Shown piece after piece: positions 1 through 10,852 of a stretch of DNA of 64,000 bases (positions within the stretch are counted from its first letter, which is position 1; each line of letters starts with the position of its first letter). The stretch is taken from the NCBI GenBank assembly GCA_016618085.1, contig JABLTG010000002.1, positions 310,001 through 374,000 of the forward strand, given 5' to 3'. A program made the translations under genes and the position numbers. Source of the DNA: Neovahlkampfia damariscottae (taxonomy: Eukaryota). The notes below the pieces were generated by a model, which had not been told where the DNA came from, did no database searches, and worked only from the letters and a program-made list of their open reading frames with translations.

Positions 1-800
1 CGAGTATTTTGATTATTACTTAGATGGTGATGAAATAAATATCTATGGTGGTAGTTTTGATTTATTTCAAAGAATTAAAGATTTGATCAAAACGCCGATT
101 AGATTGAATTATCCACCAAGCTATAGAGAATTTTTACAAAAACATGGAAATTTATTGATTACTGAACTTTGGATTTGTAAAAAGCCTATTCAAAAAGCAT
201 TTGATAAAATTTTAAATATAATTTCATTCGGAAACTGGCAAAAGAAAAAAGATGAATTGAATTATGATGATCTTTTTCATTTATTTGGAATTGCAAGATT
301 GGGAACAAATCAGTATGTTTTATTTGAAAAAAAACCAAGTTTTGAATATTCAATATGTAGACAAAAATTATTTTCGATCAGCAAAAAGTTTATTCGTTTC
401 AAATTATAAGGATGTTGTTCCATTTAATTTAAATACAATGCATGAAAGATGTTTGGAATTAATTGGACCTGAAGAAATGTTTTTGTATAGAGGTGGTTCA
501 ACGAATTGCCAACATTTCATATTCAATATGTTCAAAGCTAACAATCTGATGAATACAGTTATTGAAGAGTTTGTAATGCAAGATGCAAAAAGTTTAGTTT
601 CTTCAATGCCTAATGTCGTTCAAAAATTTATCAATGGAGTTACATATATTGCAAGTTTCTTTGATCATGTTTTGTATGGTGCTGCATTGATGAATGAAAC
701 CTCAAAATCTCAGTTGTCGACGTCAAAATCTCAGATTTTGGATAGACGAATTTTGAAATTGGAAAAAAATAAATTTGGAGGTTCAATAATTTATATTTAA
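1..800 (+). CDS. 5'-truncated viral H-box/NC (permuted papain-like, LRAT/PPPDE-like) protein with a 1-nt frameshift
   Basis: Frame is open from base 2 (EYFDYYLDGDEINIYGGSFDLFQRIKDLIKTPIRL...). ORFs 83-409 and 264-800 join as FEK-NQVLNI if one A is removed from the A-run at about 327-334. Motifs LFHL...EKN...TNCQHF. Confidence 0.6.
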
Positions 801-1663
801 ATTTTAATTGAAGATTTGACAACTCTTCCATCAACAACTGAAACATAGATTTTATTCAAAACACTAATGTCAACTTTATCATCGGAATCAATGTATATAA
901 CTCGTTCTGATGATTCTCCAAGAGCTGATGCATCGAAGATATGAACATAACCAACTTGAAGCATTTCTACTTTTTTTCCAGAGACCATAACTTCCAATTT
1001 TTGGTCTTTGTTTTTGGTTTCGATATAAATTTTTGAAAGGTTACAAGAACGAATGAAATCACCGTCAAAATCACGATGAAATTCCCATTCGAAGAATGGT
1101 TCATTTAAGAATTCTTTTTTTAAATCAACTTCTTGATATTGAAATTCGAGGGAATATTCTTTGAACGACGAAGTAATTTTGAATATAAATAATTCAGTTT
1201 CAATCACGCTGTGTCCAAGAAGAGTTGCACTATAATTCAAATCTTTGACACTTGTAACAGGAATTTGTCCTCCAAATGGTGGAATCTTCAATGGAGTTCT
1301 AAATACTACTCGAGTAATTAATTTTGAAGGTAAAGTAGATGCATTTGACGGTCTTCTAACAGGTTGTAGAAATTTCAAATTTAAACTTTCATCTTTTGGA
1401 TATCGGTGGAAACTCGTTCCATTCACTGAAAGAGATTCTAAATGAATGAAATTATCTAATTGCAATACTTGATCTAAATCAACATTTGTAGGTGATACTG
1501 ATGTTTTGTTGATGATTTCAATATCAAAATCAACTTTACAATTAATCCAAGCTGTTTCACTGATGCTATGATCGGTTGAAGGAGGTGGACATATGATTGA
1601 AACACTGGATCCTAAATTTTTTCCGTTGTATGGCTTTGCTCTGAAAGTTTTGGAGAAACTCAT
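797..1663 (-). CDS. Compact (288 aa) virophage major-capsid-protein-like protein
   Basis: Ordered motifs IICPPPS..S.S...WI, LSVNG, ITRVVFRTPLKIPPF, SKIYIETK, GYVHIFD...LG, YVSVVDG. These resemble, from memory, the Sputnik MCP motifs FICNPPS, ATING, EQVFLPPF, RKLYLFVK. Beta-strand-rich composition. Confidence 0.55.
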   Translation of the reverse strand: MSFSKTFRAKPYNGKNLGSSVSIICPPPSTDHSISETAWINCKVDFDIEIINKTSVSPTNVDLDQVLQLDNFIHLESLSVNGTSFHRYPKDESLNLKFLQPVRRPSNASTLPSKLITRVVFRTPLKIPPFGGQIPVTSVKDLNYSATLLGHSVIETELFIFKITSSFKEYSLEFQYQEVDLKKEFLNEPFFEWEFHRDFDGDFIRSCNLSKIYIETKNKDQKLEVMVSGKKVEMLQVGYVHIFDASALGESSERVIYIDSDDKVDISVLNKIYVSVVDGRVVKSSIKI

Positions 1664-1739
1664 TGAATTATATTAACACAAAAAAATTCTTTTAATTGAA
1701 AATAATTAAATCGAGATGAATTAATTATTTTATTTGAAA

Positions 1740-1780
1740 GTCATTGAATTTCAATTAAAGACTTAAAAATATAAGGTATA
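1740..1780 (+). promoter_or_regulatory. Viral upstream repeat, copy 1 (GTCATTGAATTTCAATTAAAGACTTAAAAATATAAGGTATA)
   Basis: Near-identical to 2821-2862; ends about 27 nt before ATG 1808; contains the palindrome ATTGAA-T-TTCAAT. Confidence 0.75.
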
Positions 1781-1807
1781 AAAAGTAATCAAAAAACAAA
1801 CACTCAC

Positions 1808-2763
1808 ATGTCAGTTTTCCAAAACGCAAAAATTTACAAAATTTTTAACTCAGTTAACCCAAAAGTTTATGTAGGAAGTACAACAAAAGATTTATACACT
1901 CGTTTTAATGGACATAAAGCAACTGCTGAACGTGGTGATTGTATGAGTCGTGTTTTATTTAGAGAAGACCGAGAAAATTGCAAAATTGAATTGATTGAAG
2001 CATATCCATGTAATGATGATATTGAACTTCGAAAAAGAGAAACTTTTTGGAAAAATCAACTTGACTGTGTAAATAAATACGATCCAATTGCGAATAAAAC
2101 AAATAGAAAACTATATTTAAAACAATATAACAAGGAATATGCAGAAAAACATAATTTAAATCAAAAATTTGTTGTGAATGCGGTGGAAGATACACAAAAA
2201 GAAACACCAAAATTCATAAAGATACAGATATGCATAAAAAATGGGAGAAAAAACAAATGCAATTAACTTTGAAAGACATCCCAACAGAAATTGTAATTGA
2301 GCATATATTTCCTTGGGTAATGCAATTTAAATTCAGAGATTGTAAAATTCCAAGAATGCTTATTGATTATACAAGAATTGAAAATCCAAAAATGTTAGTT
2401 GAATACAATGAACTTGATAATTTCACCGCTGCTCAAAACTTACAAAGATTATATGAACAAATGAAGTTTCAATTGCAAGAAAGCGAAATTAAAATGAATG
2501 GAGTTTTGCATTATTCTGACGATTATGATGAATTTGATAAATTACCATTCTTTTTATTAATGATGAGAGAGAGCTCAAATAAAATAGAAGATTTTAAAAA
2601 ATTGGAAGACACTTTGGACTTTTATAAAGCTGAACTTTTAGGTGATGAATGGGATTTTTCAGAATACGAATTTTATTTGAAAGCATTATGTGACAAAAGA
2701 TTTAGTGAACAATTATTTGATAAATTATTAGTTGATCATAAGTTTTTACTTCAAATAAAATAA
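1808..2763 (+). CDS. GIY-YIG endonuclease + C2H2-type zinc finger + F-box-like region, split by a 1-nt frameshift
   Basis: KIYKI...VYVGST...R..H...IELIEAYPC...E...RE...CVN. CECGGRYTKRNTKIHKDTDMH lies in the frame of ORF 2230-2763 and joins if one A is added at the A-run at about 2163-2167. It is followed by LKDIPTEIVIEHIFPW. Confidence 0.7.
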
Positions 2764-2820
2764 ATAAAAATTTTTTGTGATGATTTTGATTGGTTGAAAA
2801 TTATTTATTTTTTAAAATTG

Positions 2821-2862
2821 GTCATTGAATTTCAATTAAAGACTTAAAATTTATAAGGTATA
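2821..2862 (+). promoter_or_regulatory. Viral upstream repeat, copy 2
   Basis: GTCATTGAATTTCAATTAAAGACTTAAAATTTATAAGGTATA, ending 18 nt before ATG 2881. Confidence 0.75.
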
Positions 2863-2880
2863 CAAAAAAAGCGAATCTCA

Positions 2881-3248
2881 ATGATCAAAAGCGTCAAAGG
2901 TATCAGAAAACCAGTTGAAAAAAATATTCAAAAATTCATTGAAACATGTGTCAAAAACAATCGCTTTCAAAAGAAGAAATTAAAGAATGCATTTTATCAG
3001 ATATTTTATATGATATGGAAATTGCTCGTGAAAATTACTTGCTTGATCCAGGTAGGTATATAATAGAAGATGAAGAAATTCAATATAAATACACTCCAGA
3101 AAATTTTGAAGATTGGATTGAAAAATGTAAAAAAGAATTAATTGATGGAACTGTAAATTGGAAACGTAGTTTTGAATACCAAAATGTTTTGGCTTATGAT
3201 GAAGATTTTTGTAAAGATGTTATTGAACTTCATAAATGTAATTTGTAA
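2881..3248 (+). CDS. Hypothetical viral protein (~122 aa), apparently frameshifted
   Basis: ATG sits right behind the repeat. ORFs 2881-3063 and 2946-3248 join (CVK-KQSLSKEE) by adding one A at about 2953-2957. Confidence 0.5.
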
Positions 3249-3463
3249 ATTCTGAAAAATTTGATTGGTCAAAAAAGTTCACTTTTCAAAAATAAATATA
3301 AAAACTTATTTTTATCGTTTTTTGTTCCAGATACTTTGAAATTCAGTCTTCAATTTGAACCATTTTTCTAAAACAAATTGGACCAATCATGTAGGCCATC
3401 GGAATTTGGTTTCGCTATAAATAAAATGTTTCTTTCAAATTGAAGTTTAGTCCCAAATCAACA

Positions 3464-4312
3464 ATGACGAGCGTATATGAAGACCCACAACCGGAACAAG
3501 CAAACAGTAACAAGAAAACGGTACTGTTCTCCAAGATGTCAACATTGAAGACAAAATGCCAAAAGAAAAACCAACCTCAAAGAAAACTGAAGAAAAAGAA
3601 AATGAATTATCATCATTGAGTAATATTTATGAAAAATTTCTGACAGAAAAGTGGACAAACTCTCTCTTTCACCAACAACGCCAGCTGAAATTAAAATTCA
3701 TTTGGAAACCCCGATTTACATAGTAGGAGAAGGTAATCAAAGAAGTTTGCTAATTTACTGAAGGAACTTTCGATTTTGCCAATAAATTCACTGATGTATA
3801 TCATCACCTATCTACTTCAGATATTCATGCCTCGGAATTCAGACCTGAAGACGTTTTAGTAAAAACTTATGGAAAAGATTTTACGAAAAATCGTGATCTC
3901 TTGAAAAAAAAAAGAAGTTGATGTTAAATATGAAGTCGATGCAACCAAAATGGATGTATCTTATCCGGATGGCAATTTTAGAACAATAATTTGGAATGCT
4001 CCTTACAGCACAATTTATCCATTCATTTCTGGAGATCTGTTATTACAATTCTTTCAATGTGCTATTAGATTGCAAAATGAGGGTGACATTATAATCCTTC
4101 GCATTGTCAAAAAGAAAAATGATTATTACAAAAGATACGAAGTACACAAATGGATTAGGATTGTAAAAGAAAATTATACTATAAAACAACTGCGTGACTC
4201 AATTGTAAAATACAATCATGTTTTTAACACAAGAAATCCATCAACTCTCAAAGAAAATGATTTTCAACTCATTAAATTCACAAGACAACCAAAAAAGGAA
4301 GAGATTGAATGA
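3464..4312 (+). pseudogene. BMT5/DUF2431-like rRNA uridine-N3 methyltransferase, frameshifted
   Basis: IYIVGEG|TFDFA (31-nt intron 3733-3763), HASEF, YEVDATKM, FRTIIWNAPY, LLLQFFQCA. Extra A in the run at about 3904-3913 and further frame breaks upstream. Confidence 0.65.
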
Positions 4313-5079
4313 CTCAATCAAATACCTGTTATTTCTTTCATTTGAAACTGTTTTATTGTATTAAATAATTTTTTTCTTGTTTTAAGAGTTACACAATGAA
4401 TTTAGTTTTTCCAATAATTCCAAAGCTGCCGGTTGGAGATGGAGATGCTTTGAAAAAAATGAATAAATTTATTTCGCCTTGATTGATATTCAAATTTCCA
4501 AAAAAATAATTCAAAATCCCAAAAACCTATTACTTTTTGAACCACCTTCAACCTGTATTTTAAAAAAGTTATTTTCAAAACAATTACCTTCACTAATCAA
4601 ATTGAAAATACAATAATTCAATCTCTTCAAACAAAAACCAATTCACCAAACTTCCTTCTTATTTCAAAAACAAATTATTAAAACAAACCCAAATTATATA
4701 AATCCTTCAATTTACATTCAGTTTCCAAATTTTTGAAACTTTAATTTGTAGCTGTTGGTTGATATTGTTTGTTGATTTCCTGAACTGTTCATTTGATTAA
4801 CGCGCGGAGATTAGTTTTATAATTTCTTTGGTTCTGGCTGCGATTGGTGGTTGGCTTTGTATTGGAATTTTCATAGTCTTTGAATTCCAAAATTTACTCT
4901 TAGTAAACAAGCATAGTCCCCTACTACTAACATCAAGATCAAAATTTGTCAGACAGAGTCAGGGTGGTTTTTAAATGTTCAAATGCATTGATTTAACAAG
5001 TATTCTAATATTCTGTACCTTGCCATATAAGGCAACTTTCCTTTTTGGATTGTGGTCACTGATTGGTAGAACAAAAAAC

Positions 5080-7731
5080 ATGAAGTTTGTTCACATTTTT
5101 GCAGTTCTGCTGTTAATTCAAATGGTCCTCTGTGCTGAGAAATTAGAAAAGTTAAAACCAAATTATCAAGTTAACAATTTGCGCAACACAAAAAACGGAT
5201 TAGCTGCTGATTTGAATTTATCCGAAGGTACAGGTCCTTATGGTGATGATATCAAAAATTTGGCATTGCAAGTATTTTTTGAAACGGAAACACGCATAAG
5301 AATTAAAATTACGGACAGAAATGAAAAACGATGGGAAGGTAAAAATAACACAAAAATGGTTAACTGTATTTCTCTAAGTTCCTTCAAATATGATTCAATC
5401 TAAAACACCTGATGAATCACCTTTAAATATGGATTACAAGGTTGAAGTCAAAAACCCATTTGCAATTGTCATCACCCGTAAATCTAATGATCAAGTTATT
5501 TTTGATTCACAAAAGTTACCATTTGTTTATTCCAAATATTTCATTGAAATAGGAACTAATTTATTCGATAAAGACCCAAATATTTTTGGTTTAGGTGAAA
5601 GAGTTGATACATTCAGACGCGAAACAAATAACAAAACATATGTAATGTTTAACAAGAATTCATACACAACAGAATTCACAAATCTTTACGGAACACATCC
5701 ATTTTATGTTCAAAAACGTGGATTAGCTGAAACATCTTCCGCCCATGGTCTTTTTTTTTCAAGCACTAATGCAATGGAAGTGAATATTCAACCATACAAA
5801 CTTAGATATCGTACTATTGGTGGGATTTTAAACTTTTATGTTTTCACTGGATCATTACCACAACAAGTTGTCAAACAGTATCATCAGGTCATTGGAAAAC
5901 CTGTATTAATTCCATATTGGTCTTTAGGATTCCATCATACTCGTTGGGGATATAAAACTATTGAAGATGTTCAAAAAGTTGTTGATGGATACAAAAAGCA
6001 CAAAATACCGTTGGATGTAATGTGGGCAGATATTGATTACATGGATAAATTCAAATTATTCACTTTAGATCCTGTCAATTACCCAGAAGAAAAAATGAAA
6101 AAATTTGTTGATGGTTTACATTCAAATGATCAAAAGTATGTGGTGATTGTTGATCCTGGTGTAAAAACAGAAAAAGGATATAAAATGTATGAAGAAGGTT
6201 TGAAAGAAAAACTTTACATTACAAAATCTGATGGTGTTACACCAATTGTAAATAAAGTTTGGCCTGGATATACAGTATTCCCAGATTTCACTTTATTTGA
6301 AAAAACTGGTCGTTATTGGGAAAAATACATCAGAGAATTTCATAAACGTGTTGCATTTGATGGTTTATGGCTTGATATGAAGTAAGATAAACTCAATTGC
6401 TAACATAGTTTCAAGTGAAATTATTGGATTTTGTGATGGTGAATGCGTACCAACAAAACGAAACAAATCAAAAAAATTTGATCCAAATTATCCACCATAC
6501 ATGTAAACAAACTTTTTTTATTGATTAATTTTCAAGGCCTGGTGGTGCAAAGATCTATGAAAGAACTTTATATATGGATGCAAAAACATCATTGTCTATT
6601 GAATACAATACTCATGATTTGTATTCTCACTATGAAACAATGGCAACTAGAAAAGCACTTGATAAACTCTATAATAAAAGATCTTTGATCATTACAAGAT
6701 CATCTTTTGCAGGTACTGGTCATTACAGTGGAAAATGGTTAGGTGATAATACAAGTGATTGGAAAGATATGTGGTGGTCTATTTCTGGTATTTTAGACAT
6801 GAACATATTTGGAATTCCATACATTGGTGCTGATGTATGTGGATTTTTTGGTAATGCTACTTCTGAGTTATGTACTCGTTGGTATCAACTTGGATCTTTC
6901 TATCCTTTCAGTAGAAATCATAATATCAATACATCAATTCCTCAAGAACCATGGGAATTTGGAAATGATATGGTTGAAGCAGGTAGAAAAGCAATTTTGA
7001 ATAGATACTCATTGTTGCCATATTTTTACACTTTATTTGCTTCTTCACATGCTGAAGGAGGATCTGTTATCAATTCATTGGCTTTTGAATTTCCATATGA
7101 TATGTCAAAAGATATTAATCATATCAATAGACAATTTATGGTTGGATCAGCTTTATTAATTAGTCCTGTGCTTGAAAAAGGTGCAAGACATGTTGATGCA
7201 TATTTTCCAACTGAAGGATATGCAAATGTTTGGTATGATTTTGAAACTGGTATTGAACAAATGAATACTGGAAAATATCAAAAAATAGCGGCTCCATTGA
7301 ATCACATTCCAGTGCACATCAGAGGAGGACATATTGTTCCAAAACAAGAACCTGCAATGACAACTGCTGCATCAAAAAAAAATCCATTTCATTTGATTGT
7401 AGCTTCTTCAGGAGATTTATTAGCTCATGGAAGTTTATATTTAGATGACGGTGAATCATTAGATTCAATGGAATCAGGAAAATACACAAAGATCAATTAT
7501 CAACTTTCACCTGGGAAATTGGATTCTCAATATGAACATCAAGGATATGATGTCTCTTCTTTAACCATGAAATCAATTAAAGTCTATGGAGCTCAAAATG
7601 TTTGCCAAGTCAGATTGAACAATAATCTCATCAGAAATTTCAAATATGATGAAAAAACAAGAATTTTAGAATTTTTCCAATTGAACTTGAGTATGGCAAA
7701 AAGATTTACATTTACTTGGTCTTGTCAATAA
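5080..7731 (+). CDS. GH31 lysosomal-type alpha-glucosidase (4 exons)
   Basis: Signal peptide MKFVHIFAVLLL; WADIDYMD; nucleophile WLDMN|E split by an intron; WLGDN acid/base; GADVCGF; FSRNH. Introns at 5339-5378, ~6382-6415, ~6503-6536. Confidence 0.95.
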
Positions 7732-7760
7732 AATTTCAAGTTTTTATGAAAAAACATTTA

Positions 7761-10700
7761 TTATACAGAAAAAGCTTTGATTCTGCTTGAAATTGATTCT
7801 CGACAAATTGGGCACTCTGTAACAAGATCAGCACATTTTTCACACATTGCTAAATGAGCACATGGTAATGTCAGTGTAGTTTTGAATGCATCAAAACAAA
7901 TCTTGCATAATTTATCTTCGTCTTCTTTTGTACCATATGCATTCACAGGATTAAATGAATTCATGTTTGTTCCAGAAATATTCTCGTTCAAAAATTGATT
8001 TGGTGGTCCATTCGGTTGATATTCTTCAACTTTATAATCAGTAGGAGCATTGAATGGATTGAATGATGGCTGTTGATCATTAGAAGTAAATTGAGTGTTG
8101 TTATTTCCCATTTGAATAAATTCAGTATTTATCGGAGATTCAAAATTCTCTGGATTCATTGAGTATTCAGGATTCATTGATGAAACATTTTGAACATTCA
8201 ATGGTCTAACAATCATTTTATATCTACTTCTAATCATGTCAATTTTATCAATGAATGCTTTTCTCTTTAATCTGTTGTCACGTAATACAGTGAACATTTC
8301 ACAAATATATGATTCTTCCATGGTTAATAATAAAGCTCCATGAATTGCATTCTTTTTGATTTCAGATTGTAATGATTTATCAAATTCAGATGTAACCCAA
8401 TCTAATACTTCTTGTATTGTCATGAAATTGAAACTTATATTTTCAAATGCTGTTAAAACAGAGTTGACATGAATTTCTTTGATTTCCATTTCTTTTAGAC
8501 AATCTACAACCATTAGATTAGGTATTAAAGCTCCAAATAAACGAAGTTGTCTCACTTTTCTTTGATATTCACCTAAACCACAATCATTAAAGAATTTTTG
8601 AACTTTATTGTTATTCCAACTTTCATATCCTTCAACTTCATAAAATCTTGGATTTTCATCCAATGCATTAAGTATGAACTTGATTCTTAAATCATTAATG
8701 AGTGTATAATCTAAATCTAAAATTTTGAATAACTCTGAATCTTTAAATGATTTCAAAAGTGATCCATTCACAGCGTATTTTTTGACCAATGATGATGCAT
8801 TATGAATTTCACAATGATCTAAAAATTCAATAACTTGGTCTGTATTCCAAGTTTCAGGTTTGTTCTTGTGATTTTGATAAACTCTCAATAAATTGATTGA
8901 TTTAGCCAATGAAAGAATACTTCTTTGATGGATTTGATCAGTCACTCCATTTTCATACAAATCACGTGCTTCAATTCCTTTGAAAGTTTCAGGACTCAAA
9001 AATCCTAAATTCTTTTCATATTTAGATAATCCATTGATTTTGAAATAATACATGAAAAGTTGATTATTCCATTCTTTTGCTTTGGTTTGTAAAAGCAAAT
9101 CCATATCACTCTCTTTTTCTTTTGACACATCAAGTTCTTCTTCATTGTCTTCAGGTGATTCAGAATTCATCAAATTTGCTCCAGAGATATTTTTCATTTT
9201 TGGAATAGTAGGAAGTTTGATATTCGCTTTACTAGTGATACAACCGATTATAATGTTGATTAAACATATTATGAAATATACAGCTGCAATTGGAGAAAAA
9301 GAACCAATGATTAAACAGATGATAGCCATAGCAAATACTTCAGAATCATTACAACCACTTCCAGAGCTTAGAATAATCACAATTACACCATAGGCTAAAA
9401 CAAGTGCATTCATAATAGATATCAACATCAAGCCAATCATAGATCCAACATCAGTTCGATGTCTTATACCTGTGACACCATTGAAGTAATACAATGAATC
9501 ACCATTGTAAATACCTGTGAAATGCATCAATGATCTATCCGTTTCATTGTTTGTTTGAAAAAATCCAGCACAAAAACATGTTCCTGTCCACATCAATGAA
9601 AAAGTAATCAATACAACCAATGCAGAGAATGTGATGTAAAAAGCAAATGCTTCATTTAAGATACCATATTTTTCGCAGTATCCAATATATAATCTCCAGT
9701 GTATTTGTAATCCAATGATAACAATAAACATCACAAAATTTGCAAACATCAAAATGGAAGTCATTAAACGACCTACAGACTCCATATAAAAAAATTGAAG
9801 TTGTTTGAGATTCAATTTGAATAATTGATCAATCTTCAATGCTTTAGAAGCATCTTTGAACTTGAAAGTAATTGCATGTTTCAAAGCAACAAATATATTT
9901 CCTCTTAAAAATAAAAGAACAATAAAACAAAGACCAATGACTGGAACAATTGCTGGAAAAGCAATAATCCAATCATTGTAATCAGGAGCAATGTAAGGAA
10001 TACATTTAACCAGTCCAACACCTTCATCACATTCTAATGGCTTATCTACAAAATTCCATGCTTGTTTACTTGAATAATATGGATGTCCTGAACAATCCCT
10101 ATTATTGTAAGTGAAAGTTTCTAAAATATTTCCTTCTCTACAAACAGTCTTGAAGAGAATTATTACAATGAAAAAGTTACTTTTTTAGAATATGAGCTAC
10201 TTGTTCTGATACAATTTGCTGTTCCATAAATTTTTGGAACACTCAAAGAAGCACATGTTTTATTCACTTTATCATTGAAAACATATTCATAAGAACCAAA
10301 AACAGAACTTGATTGAATTGTAGTTGGGCTACATTTTAATTTGACATATATTTTGTTGTATTGGTTGTACTGATAAAAAACAACGTTTGATGAATATCGA
10401 ACTCCTTCAGCTGAAAAAAATATTTTTAGAAAAGAAAAATTATACTATAAGTTGAAGTTGAACCATCTGGTATCGTACATTCATTGTCCTGTTCATTAAC
10501 CATTATAAAGTAACACTTACGGAAAAATAATTTCTTAGAACTTTTCCAGAAGTGCATGAATATTTTTCATAACGGAAAGTATTTGATTTATTTGAATATA
10601 TGTAACAAGCTCCTGTTTCAAGGTACATTGTTGCCTAATTTACTATTAAAAAATAAAAAACAAACATTTCTGTAGTAAGAAGAAGAATAACTAGAATCCA

Positions 10701-10797
10701 ACTCAAACTCTATAGTTTCACTTTTTGTTGACTTATTAAATATTAAAATCAACAATAAGCTCAACAACAGTGATACTTGTTTCAACGGCTTTTTCAT
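7761..10797 (-). CDS. Signal peptide / ectodomain / multi-TM / tandem SAM-like / C-terminal RING protein (multi-exon)
   Basis: MKKPLKQVSLLLSLLLILIF; Cys-containing ectodomain; several hydrophobic segments; SAM-like repeats (WNTDQVIEFL, WNNNKVQKFF, MTIQEVLDWV...IHGALLL); CKICFD...PCAH..MCEKC....CPICR. Confidence 0.8.
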
Positions 10798-10852
10798 CTT
10801 CAAGCACAAGTTTAATTTGATTGGATAAATAAACGGGATAATTATAAACACT

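Larger units (their letters stand above)
1..3248. mobile_element. Part of an endogenous virophage/Polinton-like viral element (left end outside window, right boundary undefined)
   Basis: Tightly packed intronless ORFs unlike the intron-rich host genes: GIY-YIG nuclease with CECG zinc finger, capsid-like beta-rich ORF, xGG protease-type motifs, and a shared ~41-bp upstream repeat. No TIR or TSD identified. Confidence 0.7.

Noticed and set aside
1699..1731. 11-bp inverted repeat AAAATAATTAA/TTAATTATTTT as a virophage-type polyadenylation hairpin
   Set aside because: Pure A/T stem expected by chance here, and it lies between divergent 5' ends rather than at a 3' end.
2160..2175. Programmed -1 ribosomal frameshift in the GIY-YIG gene
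   Set aside because: In-frame codons CAA AAA TTT do not form an X_XXY_YYZ heptamer, and neighbouring genes show similar homopolymer indels.
3249..3463. Terminal inverted repeat or target-site duplication of the viral element
   Set aside because: No partner sequence within the window, so the boundary cannot be defined.
4402..4900. Minus-strand gene between the BMT5-like and GH31 genes
   Set aside because: Only short stop-interrupted frames with no recognisable motif.
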